Assembly: GCF_964213995.1 (NCBI RefSeq)
Contig: NC_135830.1
Location: 9,052,001 to 9,116,000, forward strand
Direction of reading: 5' to 3'
DNA: 64,000 bases
Origin: Mustelus asterias
Taxonomy: Eukaryota
This document shows positions 48,535-62,360 of this stretch, piece by piece; the stretch's first letter is position 1; each line of letters starts with the position of its first letter. A program made the position numbers and the translations under genes. The notes below the pieces were generated by a model. That model worked only from the letters and a program-made list of their open reading frames with translations, did not search any database and was not told the DNA's origin.

Positions 48535-50285
48535 ACGAATGAATTCAAAAAAGAAAATCCTCATATGATACAATGTTACACTTTATATTTCTCCAACAGC
48601 TACTTGACCCTGTGAAAATTAACGGTGAAAGAAACCAGGTTGGCTTATAATTAATTGAGTTGGCTGAGAAACAAAATTGAAATCGACTTTTGACAGAGAA
48701 TTTAATGAATCAGAACGGACACAGCGATCAGGAAAATTCTCCGTCAGCATCCAAATCATTGCAACTCATTTTATTGGCCGCCGGCTTTCTAACATTCACT
48801 GGTAGTGGGAGTACAGGACATCAGGACTTTGCGGCATGTTGCACAATATCACAAGAATAGATGTTTTATCTTCCACTGAACCAGGTTATGAATTAGCCAT
48901 TTCTTCGCAGATTGGCAGCTCTAAGAGGCACTGTTAAATAATCGAAATCAGATTCTGCTGCACAACAGAACATGGTACTAATCAGGTGTAAGAGTATTTT
49001 TAATGAGGGGCAGAACACTGAGAATATTCCAGGAATCCGCGCTGTTCAAGGCAGTTATATGACTTTCTTTTACTTTTAATTATTTTCATTTTCGTGCCAT
49101 TACACTGAACTCATTGGGCTGAGGGATTGGGGACATCAAAATCTCTTTCCTGCACTTCATGAAGTTGTTCACAAAGTGGCTTTAATTGTTGGAAGGACAT
49201 TTATTTGGAAGTTATACAAATGACCTAGCACCTAACCAATTTACAAGTTTCCAATACTGCTAAATCACATAATGAACAGTGCATTCATTTAAAGTATTTG
49301 CTTGGAATGAATACCATTTAAAACGAGTCTTTCTTGTGGGAATCAAACATTTATTGCATAACTGGCTAAGTCCTATTTTATCCTTACATATTCACGTTAA
49401 TCTGTCCCACACAGTAATTGGCAGCAGTCCAACCTGCTGCCAAATACCCGAAGATGTTTGCAGGAAGCATCTGAGGGTGTTTGTTCAGAAACTCAAAGAT
49501 CTGTTTCCTCAGTACTGAGCGCTTGGCTGCAAGCCAACTTCAAACTCATAGCATTGTCAATGGGGCCTATTTATAAACAAATCTGCCCAGCAACAGCACT
49601 GGAGGCAACTTAATTATTTTTAAAGTTGTAAACCTGTATGAATGCTCCCCATTTCTTAGCAAAAGAAAGTTTCCAGCTTCTCTGGCACCTTGTTAGCAAC
49701 AATGATGATCTATCTAACACAACAAACCACTGTGATCGATGGATGGAAATAAATATCGGCAGATTGTGAGAGTTGATTCAGAGAGATGATAAATTTTATA
49801 CTCCATAAACATGTATGTTTGTGTTTTATTTCACTTTATTCTTCCATGGGGCGTGGGAGTCTCTGGAAAGACCAACATTTGTTTCCTGTGCTTAATTTAT
49901 TTTCAACTGGTGTGCTCGGGCATCTCAGAAGGCATTGCCCAGTTACGTATACTGCTGTCCGCCTGGAGTCACACCCTGGTGAGATCAAGTAGGGATGGCA
50001 GATTTCCTTGATTGGGGAATCAGAGACATTTATCTGGTCGCTGTCAGTATTAATCCAGATATATTGATTGAAATCAAATTCCACCAGCTGCGATGGTCGA
50101 ATTTAATCTCGAGTTCCCACATCACTGGCCTGGGTTTCTGGATTACTGGTCCACTGGCATTAATATTACTCCACCGTCTACACAAAAAAATAGAATTGCT
50201 TGTGTTGATGCAGGGATGAACGATAGTTGGATGCCTGAATGTTTTCATTGAGGAATCAGTGAATGGACTGACGGATGTGACGATG

Positions 50286-51217
50286 TGGTAAATTCGATCA
50301 GCAATTTTGCTGATGATACAAAGATTGGAGGTGTAGTCGACAATGAGGAAGGTTTGCAAAGTTTGCAGAGGGATTTGGACCAACTAGAAAAATGGGCTGA
50401 AAAATGGCAAATGGAATTTAACGCAGACAAGTGTGAGATATTACACTTTGGAAGGACAAACCAAAGTAGAACGTACAGGGTAAATGGTAGGACTCTGAAG
50501 AGTGCAGTTGAACAGAGGGATCTGGGAATACAGGTACAGAATTCCCTAAAAGTGACGTCACAGGTGGATAGGGTCGGAAAGAGTGCCTTTGGTACATTGG
50601 CCTTTATAAATCGGAGTATCGAGTATAAAAGTTGGAGTGTTATGGTAAGTTTATATACGGCATTGGTGAGGCAGAATTTAGAGTATTGTGTGCAGTTTTG
50701 GTCACCTAGTTACAGGAAGGATGTAAATAAGGTTGAAAGAGTGCAGGGAAGGTTCACAAGGATGTTGCCGGGACTTGAGAAGCTGAGTTACAGAGAGAGA
50801 TTGAATAGGTTGGGACTTTATTCCCTGGAGGGGAGAAGAATGAGGGGAGATTTGATAGAGGTGTATACGATTTTGACTGGTATAGAGAGAGTGAATGCAA
50901 GTAGGCTTTTTCCACTGAGGCAAGGGGAGAAAAGAACCAGAGGGCATGGGTTAAAGGTGAAAGGAAAAAAGTTTAAAGGGAATATTAGGGGGGGCTTCTT
51001 CACGCAGAGAATGGTGGGAGTGTGGAATGAGCTGCCGGATAAAGTGGCAAATTTTAACTTTTAACATTTAAGAAAATTTTGGACGGGTTCATGGATGAGA
51101 GGGGTGTGGAGGGATATGGTCCAAGTGCAGGTCAGTGGGACTAGGAAAAAAATGGTTCGGCACAGACAAGAAGGGCCAAAAGGCCTGTTTCTGAGCTGTA
51201 ATTTTCTATGGTTCTAT
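50286..51217 (+). mobile_element. CR1 LINE 3' fragment (absent from the paralogous flank at ~37110)
   Basis: ORF 50285-51064 with FADDTKIGG...WQMEFNADKCE, followed by a TTCTATG tail. Confidence 0.93.
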
Positions 51218-52106
51218 AGCTGGTCCTAAAATGTGTTGCTCTACGTTCGCATACTTGTGCTTTACTCCTTCAAAAATCGAAGATGGTCCTTAATTACAAT
51301 TGTGTCAGTCTACAACCTTTAATCCTTCCAGATTTCCTGGGTGAATTCCATCCCCAGGATATCGGGAGCAAGTGAATTGAACCTCACTAAGAGTAGTCTG
51401 ATTTTTCCCCATGCTGATGGTGAACCTTCAAGTGCAAGATGGAAAGAGGGAACATGATTAGGTTGATGAGGGAAGATTGTAATATTTGGGCCTTTCTAGT
51501 GCAACAAAATCACTCAACAGATCATCACTCAAATTAGTGAAGATAATAGGCTAAAAAGTAAACAATGTGGCAACTAAAATATTGTGAAACTCACTGGACA
51601 GCTTGAAGTAAATTACTTGCCAGAACTGTGTAAAAATGAATCGGGATTTTAAGCTTCTATAAATTCACATTAGATACAGATACTTTCAGTTGTACAGTCA
51701 TTTTAAAAATGGTCACACACTCCAGTTATATATCAGGAGTTTCTGTGTGATGATGAGGTGATTACTTGTCAATAAAGCGCAGAGGCTGTTGGGTAGCTGC
51801 TACTATTTGGTATGATTTAATCCAATTTCCCTCTGAATTCTGGGGCAGATTTGATTCTTTGGTGACAAAAAGGCCAATGTGATCTCAATACATTTGAATC
51901 TCAATGAATTATATTAAATAAACTGCAATTACATTTGCATCAAATAAAATACTGACAATAATTGGTGAAATATTAGTTTATTTTTGTGAATTGGTGATTA
52001 TTGGTAATATTGGCGCCAGGCGATGACCATCTCCAAAAAGGGAGAGTCTACCCGTTGCCCCTTGTCACTCAATGATATTACAATGCTGAATCACCACTAT
52101 AGACAT

Positions 52107-52137
<31 letters not shown>

Positions 52138-52423
52138 CAAATCATGTTTATAAAGATCTAACAACGTATAAAACACATTAACCCACATACACACACACAC
52201 ACACATTTTCCTTCCTGGGAGTCTTCAGTGATAATGACCCCGACTATTTTTCAGATGGAATGATGAACAACGAAACTTTTCCCAACGCCATGTTTGCTGA
52301 GCTGGACGTTAAAGGTCCCATGGTCTCCAACAGCGCCTTGGTCAACGTCCCTCCTTTTAACCAAAATGAACAAAAATACATTACCATGGATTGAGCCATT
52401 TTGATCTGATGCTGATCTGGCAA

Positions 52424-53240
52424 CATCGGAACATAGCCGCAGGAGTTGGCCATTCAGCTCCTCGAACTCGCCCCGCCATTCAATAACATCATGGCTGATC
52501 TTTGGCCGAATCCATGTACCTTCCCGAGGCCCATATCCCTTGATCCCCTGTTCAATAAAAAAAAAATCGATCTTAGACTTAAATCTAACAATTGAATCAG
52601 CACCCACCGGTGTTTGCGGAAGAGAGTTCCAAACATTCACATCTCTCTGCGTGTAGAAATTCTTTCTTTCAACTCTCCTGAACGGCCTGTCCTTATTTTT
52701 TAAACTATGGCCCTTTATTCTCGAACTTTCAACTAGTGAAAACATTTTATCTTTCTCTACCCTGTCCTTCCCTGGAAACATTTCATAGATTTCTATCAGA
52801 GCAGCCCTCAACCTTCTGAATTCGAGGGAAAAAGTCCTAATTTGTCTGATCTCTCCTCTCAACTTGCGTTGAACTTCCACCAGAGCCAACATCTTTCCAA
52901 AGGTGTGTTGCCCATACCTGCTCACAGTACTCTAATTGGGGTCTAAGAAGGATTTCATACAATTGCAGTACAACTTCTGCTTCCCTTTCCTCCAGTCCTT
53001 TGGATAAGAAGGCCAGCATTCCATTGGACTGAATGATTATTTTCTGCATCAGATCGTGACATTTTAAGAAACTATGCGCCTAACCCCAAATCTTGTTTGG
53101 CATCCACTTAATTTAGCTTTGTGCCTTCTAAAAAATATATCTTGATCTATCATTTGGATATTTGACTTTTGGTGCCATTATCTAAGCCCTTAACGAATAT
53201 TGTAAATAATTGAGGCTTCAGACAGATTCCTGCGGGACAC
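52424..53240 (-). mobile_element. Decayed CR1 LINE fragment
   Basis: LYEILLRPQLEYC and NFYTQRDVNVWNSLP motifs in shifted frames. Confidence 0.85.
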
Positions 53241-53739
53241 CACTTAACCTGCATGGTTCAGCAACGTACGTGTACAATTCGTTGCACCTTAACTTTTGGC
53301 ACCTCGCAGAAGGGGATGCGGTATTACATTAATGGATGTGAATTCTTGTTCCATTCATATCACAGCAATATTTTCACAGTAACTGTAATTACCAAGTTTT
53401 GCCAGCAGATGGAAATGAAATCTTGATGGGTTACATTACATGAAGCATGGACCGCCGCAATAAATACTACACTGGACCCTGTGTCTGTTCATTTTGAATT
53501 GGCCTCCATATGTATATATGTTAGAATGAGCCCTGTCTATGTTTATAATATATTATATCGTATGGCACCCTGTTTAAACTAGTATTGCACGAGTACATGT
53601 CATTCACACAATCACCCCGATCCGACTTTTTACAGGTAGGATCTAACTTTGCAGTTCTGCCACATGCAGTCCTGAATGGTGGTGGACATTTAAGCAATTA
53701 ACCGCAGCAGCAGCCTCAAATAAAACCCCTATTCTTAAT

Positions 53740-55430
53740 AATGTGGGAACTCAGCAAATGGAGAAGACAACCGAAACAATGGCTACGATCTTCCACCAGA
53801 AGTGCCGAAAGGATGTTCCATCTCGGCCTCTTTCTGAGGTCCCCAGCATCACAGATGCCAGTTTCCAAGCAGTTCAATTAATTTCACAGGATAACATTGG
53901 AACAGGAGTAGGCCATTCAAGCCCAGAAGCCCGCTCCACCATGCAATATGATCATGATTGATCTGTGGCCTAACCCTGTGCTGAAGGCGTTGGACACTGC
54001 AAGGATTATTGGCCCTGACAATATTTCATCAATAATAATGACGATTTGTGCTCTGGAGCTAGCTGCGCCCCAGCCAATCTATTCAAGTATATACATCACG
54101 GTCACATACCCAACAGTATGGAAAATTGGCAGACATCCCTATCGCAAAAGGCAGGGCAAATCCAACCCGGCCAATTGCTGCCGAGTGCGTCCTCACTAGA
54201 TAAAAATAATAGAATGTATCGAGGATCATCCGATCAGCAATAATAATAATCTACTCAATGAAGCACTGTCTGGGTCCCACTAGAAGCACTCGGTTCCAGA
54301 AACCATTTAAACTTAGTCCAAATATAGTGGAAATAGCTGATTTAATGAGGTGAGGTGAGAGTGCCGGCCCTCGGCATCAACGCAGCACTTGACCGATTGT
54401 GGCATCAAGAAGCCCGAGCAAAGCTGCAGTCAATGGGGATCCAGGGGTAAACATTCCACAGGCTTCAGTCATACCGAACATAGAGTAAGATGGTTGTGGT
54501 TGTTGAAAGCCAATCATCTGAGTCACAGGGCATTGCTGCAGGAAGTCCTCAGGATAGTGTGCTCGGCGTAATCTTCACCCTTCGTTAGAAGGTCAGAAGT
54601 GGGATGTTCACTAATGATTGCACAGTGTTCAGCACATTTGCGAGTCCTCAGATACTGAAGCAGTCCGTGTTCATCTGCAGCAAGACTTAGAACACACTCA
54701 GGCTTGTCTGAGGAGTGGAGAATAACATTCACGCCACACAAGTGGCAGGCAATGACCTTCTTCAAGTAAGAGAGATTCCAAACATCTCCTTTTGACACTA
54801 AATGGCATGACGACCGCTGAAACCCACACTGTCATCATTCTGGGAATTGCCGTTGATTAAAAACTGAATTGGGACAGCCATGTAAATAATATTGCTACAA
54901 GAACAGGTCAGAGGCTGGGAATTTTGTGTTGAGTAACTCACCTCCTGACTTCCCAAACCTCTCCATCATGTACAGGGCAAACGTCAGGAGTGTGATTGAA
55001 TATTCTCCACTTGTCTTACGTGTGACCCTGAAGCAACACCCAAATATCTCGATACCACCCAGCAAAAAGCAGGTGGCTCGATGAACGCCCCACGGGCCAC
55101 TTTAAGCATTCACTCTCTGCATCACAGATGTACAACTCCAGCAGTGTAAACTATACACACCTTGTATAGCAGCAACATAATCCTTCGATAGCACCTCCCA
55201 AACCCATTAGCTCTGACACTTAAAACGACAAGGGCAGCAGATGCACGAGAACACAATTACCTGCAAGTGCCCATAAAACCCACACGCCATCTTGACTGTA
55301 TATTTCAGTGACAATGGATGAAAATCTTGTAACTCCCTTCCTGTCAGCACTGTGCGTGTATTTACTCTGTGGAATTCAATGGCTCGAGAAGAGGGCTCAC
55401 CACCACATTCTCAAATGGAAAAACGAAGTG
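53740..55430 (+). mobile_element. Old, decayed LINE (CR1/L2-group) fragment; related pieces at ~11100-11540, 25850-26100, 28390-28840 and 39590-40145
   Basis: LKALDTA..GPDNIS RT-upstream motif; shared CACAAGTGGCAG.CAAT.ACC.TCT block. Confidence 0.7.
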
Positions 55431-55686
55431 GCAACAAATGCCACTTTACCAGTGACACAAAAATCTCATAAAATAACTTTGAACATGTCATATCTCTGCT
55501 TATATTCAATTAACCCCCATATCTGTTTGTATTGCAATAGGCCATGCCTCGATCACATTACAACATGTCTTATCTCCGCTATTTCTCTACTCGGCTCATT
55601 ATCAGTTGTTCCTACATGAAGCCAATGCCCTACTTAGACGATACTTTCTGAGTTATGACTGTGCTGAACTATGTTTCAGTTATTAT

Positions 55687-56012
55687 GGGCGGCTCGGTGG
55701 CACAATAGTTATCACTGCTGCCTGATAGCACCAGGGACCCGGCTTCAATTCCCAGCTATGGTGACTGTCTGTGTGTCGTCTGCATGTTCTCCCTGTGTTT
55801 GTGTCTGTGTGTGTGTGTGTGTGTGTGGGTTTCATCCGGGTCCTCCGGTTTCCTCCCACAGTCCGAAGGACGTGCTGTTCAGGTGCAATTTGGCCATGCT
55901 AAATTCTCCCCTAAATTCTACCCAAACAGGCGACTAGGGGATTTTCACAGTAACTTAATTGCAGTGTTGATGTAAGCCTTCTTGTGACACTAATAAATAA
56001 GCTTTAAAACTT
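55687..56012 (+). mobile_element. V-SINE-type SINE with an internal (TG)n expansion
   Basis: SINE head, core and AATAAA tail. Confidence 0.8.
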
Positions 56013-56160
56013 TAATCTGGCTGTGTCTCAATTCCTACTGCATCACAACATTTATCTGTGTATACTAAACTGAAACAACATTCTTGCATTACAAATGTTT
56101 CGGTCACAGTATTTGCTTGAATAGTTCATGACATCAAATTAACTCGATCTTATTTTAGTT

Positions 56161-56613
56161 AGAGCTTGCCGTATGAGGAACGGTTGAGGACTCTGGGTCT
56201 GTACCCATTGGAATTCAGAAGGATGAGGGGGGATCTTATTGAAACTTGCAGGATACTGCGAGGGCTGGATAGAGTGGACATGGGGAGGATGTTTCCTCTC
56301 GTAGGAAAAGCAGAGCCAGAGGGCACAACCTCACGCTGAAGGGGTGATCCTTTAAAACAGTGATGAGGAAGAATTTCTTCAGCCAGAGAGTGGTGAATCT
56401 GTGGAACTCTTTGCCACAGAAGGTTGTGGAGGCCAGGTCATTGAGTGTCTTTAAGATAGAGATAGATAGGTTCTTGATTAATAAAGGGATCAGGGGTTAT
56501 GGGCAAAAGGCAAGAGAATGAGGATGAGAAAAATATCAGCCATGATTGAATGGCCGAGCAGTCTCGATGGGCCGAGCGGCCTAATTCTGCTACTATGTCT
56601 TATGGTATGGTCT
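56161..56613 (+). mobile_element. CR1 LINE 3' end
   Basis: YEERLRTLGLY...NFFSQRVVNLWNSLP reading and CR1 3' UTR. Confidence 0.88.
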
Positions 56614-58470
56614 TAATGCTGCATCAGTCCATGTATGTGTTTATTTGATCCTGACTCTGCCTATATTTAATGCGACCAGGTCACTGTTATTAATGCACTA
56701 GATTATGCCTCCGTTCGAATTAAGATCGCATTACTCTACGGTTCTATGAGGAGGAGAGATAATACAATACAAAAATATGCTGTGCTAAAAACATCTGTAT
56801 TCAGCAGTATCCTGAAACAGAAATGATTGGATCGACAGTGCATCCAGCGCAGGGTTTGATATCTACTTGCAATGCAGTCAGCCGAATTGGATTTCAGATA
56901 TCACTTCTTCCAGTGCCCAAGACCAGTCTCCATCCCAGAGAGTTGTGTCTGTCGGAGGATGCAGAGAACTGAGTTCCCCCAGCCACTTTTCACATTATTG
57001 CACCTTGTCTAGCGCAGTAATAACTGAGTCCGTGCCCAATATAAAATGAAAGTGGACATAGTGAAGTGCAGAACGAAGACCGCTTCCAGTTTAGTACAGA
57101 GACAGGTCTACATTAATAGAAGCAGAGTCACTGTCGAGCTTTATGTAAACAGAGATATGGTGACGTGTAATATAAACAGAGACAGCATCTAGTTTAGTAT
57201 AAACAGAGAGCACATCTAGTGTAATATGAACAGAGACAGAACGTTCTTTTATATAAACTGACACAGAGATTAGTTAATTTAACATCAGCAGACCTGGATC
57301 ACAGACGAGTGCATTATAGAGACAGGGCCGAGTGTCCCATCAACCATTCCAAGGACAGGTGTAGCATGTGTTTAGGTACCGAATGTTAAGCTCGCTTCAC
57401 ATTGCAACATTAAACACTCCCAAGGCAGGTGTAGCACGGGATAGATACGAAGTGAATCTCCATCTCCACTGTCCTAATCATACATTCCCAGAAAATGTAG
57501 GCTGTTTAGAAACAGTAAAACTCTCTCTACTCTGTCCATTGAAACAATTGGGTGGCCGGGACAGGACGAGTTAGATCCAGGGAATGACCAATATACATTT
57601 TGGAGAAAAGCTCCCTCGATACATTCCAATTAATTGAACTAGACCCATTTAGTTAGAAGCCTATTGATATGGCTGAGAGAATACATTAGCTGGAGTTTGA
57701 CTTGATGTTGTTGACAATGACCTGTCGTGGAGAGACAAAACAAGACACAGAATCAGATAGCAGAAAAAAAGAGAGAAAAAGCACAAGAAATCTCCACAAA
57801 TATATTTGCCGTGGCATTATATTTCGAGATTGGAGGGAATCTTTCCTACTTTTGAATACAGAGATGATCATAGCCTTTTTTGCACATATAGCCGATGAAG
57901 GAAAATGTCCAAAGAACATTCACGACTGGAATCCGTTGATTTATATGCATGTTTGTCTATTTCTGTGCTGTGTTGATGGGGAAATTTTTGTTGTCTTTTT
58001 CTCAATCAATAAATTTATTCTAGGATTGCTACTTCTCTGTTTACTTACACAAACACCTCACTGGTTAGAATGAAGTATCACGGCAGCAAAACCAGATAAA
58101 CAGTCACTTATTGATTCGTTTCAACTCAAAATAACGGTTTAATTTAAGTATATTGACAATTGGTTCAAAATGAATAGAAACTTTGTGAATACCCATTAGA
58201 ACAGATGCTATTTAATTCAAATAAAGAGATACATTCTAATCAAAAATTTGTTCAGAGTATTCTGATGTCACAATAAATGAAACATAGTTGAACAGGCTGG
58301 TATTCCACCGAATGTCAATTTGATTGATGATTTAATCTACTTAAACTGGACAAGTTAAGACATCAGGCAGCGGAATGAATACAATCACATTAATCTCAGA
58401 GCTCTCAACATATCAAATCTTGCATTTTCTAATGTTAATATTTAGAAAGAACTTGCATTGAGTTTATGGA

Positions 58471-58830
58471 AACATAGAAGCCCGACAGTGCAGAAGGTGG
58501 CCATTCAGCCCGTCGAGTCTGCACCGACAAAAATCCCATGCAGGCCCTATCCCCGCAACCCAACATATTTACCCTGTTAATCTCGCTCACCTGCATATCC
58601 TGGGGCACTAAGGGGCAATTTAGCATGGCCTATCAACCTAACCCGTACATCTTTGCACTGTGGGAGGAAACCGGAGCACCGGAGGAAACCCTCGCAGACA
58701 TGTGGAAGAATGTGCGAGCTCCACACAGACAGTGACCCAAGCCGGGAATCGAACCACGGCTCTAGAGATGTAAGGCAGCAGTGCTAACCACTGTGCCACA
58801 GTGCTGCCTCACGGTGCCACCGTGTCGCCC
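58471..58830 (-). mobile_element. HE1/V-SINE
   Basis: Reverse complement of the SINE consensus seen at 43155. Confidence 0.88.
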
Positions 58831-59749
58831 ACGTTTTTATAACGGTTTCCCCGACCTCAGGTCGCCCCAAAGCATTTAAAACTCTCTGATGTATTTTCGC
58901 TTAATTTATTCACTACTTGGGAATACAGCAAATATCTGGGGCACAGCAGCCTCCCACAAACCGAGATGTGATAAAGGAACAGCAATTTTGTGATTTTAGT
59001 TGAAGAATGAATGGCCCAGGATACTGGGGAGAACAGCCCTGTTCTACAGAATTATATCATCGAGATTTTGCATTCTGCCATCGGCCTGAAATGAGAATCC
59101 GTTTCACTCTCTGCTGATACCCACTGATCAACCGTTTTTGTTGTTTTTCTGTCAGATTTCTGGAACCGCACTGTTTGCACTGTTTTATTCATTCTCTGGA
59201 TATGGGCATCACTGACAAAGTCAGCATTAATTGCCCATCCTGAGAAGGCTGACCTGAGCCACCTTTTTGAAAATAATTGCCCACTGGTCGATTTTATTTG
59301 TGTTTGAATTTCTGCAGCAGCTTTGAAACACCTGAATGGCTATTTCGGAAATCTCAGAGGCATTTAAGTGACAGCTTCATCACTGTGGAACTGGAGTCAC
59401 ATGTAGGACAGACAGGGTAAACACACTCTTTTTTATTCATTCGTGGGACTTGGGCGTCACTGGCTGACGAGCATTCTTTGCCCATCCTTAGTTGCACTTG
59501 GAGGGCAGTTGAGAGTCAACCACATTGCTGTGCCTCTGGAGTCACATGTAGGTCAGACAAGTTAAGGACGGTAGATTTCTTTCCCTCAAGGGGCATTAGC
59601 GAATCAGATGGGTTTTTGCAAAAATTAACAATGGTCTCAGTCATCAATAGATTCTTAGTTCCAGATATTTTTTATTGAATTCAAATTCCACGATCTGCCG
59701 TGGTGGGATTTGAACCCAGGTCCTCAGAACATTAGCTGAACATTAGGTA

Positions 59750-62360
59750 GATAGAAACTAGGAGTCGAAGTCGGCCATTCGAACCTGATCCGTCATTCAT
59801 CATGATCATGGATAGTTTTCTATCTCCAGGCCACATTGTTGCATTCTGTCCACACCCCTCGATAGCATTAAAATTTAATCACAAATCTATTTTTTTCTTG
59901 AATATATGCAGCGACATGGCATCCACAGTCATCTGTGCGAGATCACTCCGCAGGTTCACTAGCCTCTGAAGTGAAGAGCGCTTTCCCCATTTATATCCTA
60001 AATTGGCTACCCTGTGTCTTGAAACTGCATCCCTGGTTTGAGACTCCCTAACCAGCGAAAACATCTTTCCTTCATCTAGCCTGTCCAGTCCTGTTATACT
60101 TTATTCATTCATAATGTATATTTATTATTTGTGTCACCGGTAGGCATACATTAATACTGCAATGAAGTTACTGTGAAAATGCCCTACTGTCACACTCCAG
60201 CCCCTACTCAGGTGCGCTGAGCGAAAATTTAGCATGGTCAATGCACCTAACCAACACGTCTTTCAGACTGTTGGAGGAAACTGCAGCACCCGAAGGAAAC
60301 CCATGCAGACACGGGGAGAATGCAGACTCTGCACAGACAGTGGCCCAAGCTGGGAATCATATCCGAGTCCCTGGCGCTATGAGGCCCGCCACTGTGCCAC
60401 TGTGCCACCCTCGTTTTATATGTTTTATACGTTTCAGTCACAATTTTATATGTTTCGATCAGATGCCCTCTCATCCTTCTAAATTCAAGTGAATACATGA
60501 GGTGGAAATACCAGCGTTGGAATGGGGTTGGCACAGTAAGTCGTCTCACAACACCAGGTTAAAGTCCAACAGGTTTATTTGGAATCACGAGCTTTCAGAG
60601 CACCGCTCCTTCATCAGGTGAGTCAAGTGAATACAGGCCCAGTCGAATCAACCTAACCTCCTAGGACAGTCCCACCAATTCCGGTATCAGTTGTAGTGCC
60701 CACAGACCCTTTCTTATTTACCGAGATCAGAACTACACGCACTACATCGGGCATGGTCCTAGGAAGGCCCGGCATAACTGCAGTAAGGCTTCCGTAATTC
60801 TGAACTCAAATCTTCGTGCAGAGAAGGCCTTCCTAATTGCTTGCTGTGCATGCCTCTCCAATTTTATTGACTGGTGTACAAGGACACGCAGATCCATTTC
60901 TACGTCACACTTCCAAATATATGTTGCGTTCTGCTTTACACACCAGTATATAACTGCACATTTAGTCACCCTGTACTGCATCTGCCACGTGTTCACCCAT
61001 TCACTCAACTTGTCCAGATCCTCCACACAGCTCACAATTACGCCCAGTTATATATCGCCAACCCTTTTGAAAATGTTACATTTGATTCCCTCATCCAGAT
61101 CCCACAGTTGTACAGTGCGAGGGACCTGGGTTCGATTCCCAGCTTGGGTCACTGTCTGTACGAAGCCTGCACATTCTCCCCGTGTCTATATGGATTTCTT
61201 CTGGGTGCTCCGGTTTCCTCCCACAGTCTGAAAGATGTTCTGGCTAGGTGCATTAGCTATGCCATGCTAAATTCTCCCTCAGTGTACCCGAACAGGCGCT
61301 GGAATATGGCGACTCGGGGATTTTCCCAGTAACATCATTGCAGTGTTAACGTAAGCCTACTTGTGACTAATGAATAAATTTAAAAAGTTGGGATCTGGGG
61401 TACTCCACTAGTCGCTGACTGCCACGCGGAAAATGACCCATTTATTTCCACTCTCTTGTTTCTTATCTGTCAACGAATTCCATACCTATGCTAATACATT
61501 AACCCCATTTCACGCGCTTTAATTTGGCCTCCTGATATTTAATGAAGAACCATCTCAAATGTCTTCTTGAAGTGCAAATACACCATGTACACTGGTCCCA
61601 CCTTGCCTATCCCATTATTTGCATCCTCAAAGTACGCAAGTAGGTTTGTTAAGAATGACGTCTTTATTAAGCCCGTGCTGGGTTCATCAAATTCCGTTAA
61701 TGCTTTCCACATGTTTTACTATCATGTCTTTTATAAGTTTCTAACATCTTCGATGAAACTAAAGTCAGGCTGTAATTCATCATTTTTACTCTCCCTTCCT
61801 TTGTATACATTGAGGTTACATTTGTCACTCTCCAATCTGTCGGAACTGTTCCAGAGTTTATAGAAGATTAGAAGATGACCACCAATGTATCCAATATGTT
61901 CAGGGCCATTTCCTTTCATACTCTGGGATGTAGATTATCAGGCCCGAGTGGTTGATCAGCATTTAACCCGATTAATTTCCCCAGTACGATTTTCGTACTA
62001 ATACTGGTTTTCAACAATGCCGCCTTCCAACTAGCCCCTTGGTTCCCTAATATTTCTGGGAGGATATGTGTGTCCTCTTTTTTGAAGGTGGTGTCAAACT
62101 TTGTGTTCTATTCATCCAACATTTCTTTGTTCCCCATTATAATTTCCCTGGATTCTGACTGTAAGGTACTACATTTGTCTTTACTAATCTTTGTCTCTTC
62201 AGATATTCATAGAAGCTTTAACAATTAGTTTCTATGTTCACTGCTATTTTACTCTCATACTCTATTTCCCCCCGCGATCATTTGGTCTTCTTTTGTTGAA
62301 TTCTAAAACGGTCCTAAACCTCAGGATTGTTGCTTCTTCTGTAATTTTATATATCTTAGA
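59750..62360 (-). mobile_element. Old CR1 LINE fragmented by SINEs (60115-60410 minus, 61110-61385 plus)
   Basis: Decayed RT motifs (DLDKLSEWVNTWQM, LVNLRSDL) interleaved with SINE cores. Confidence 0.7.
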
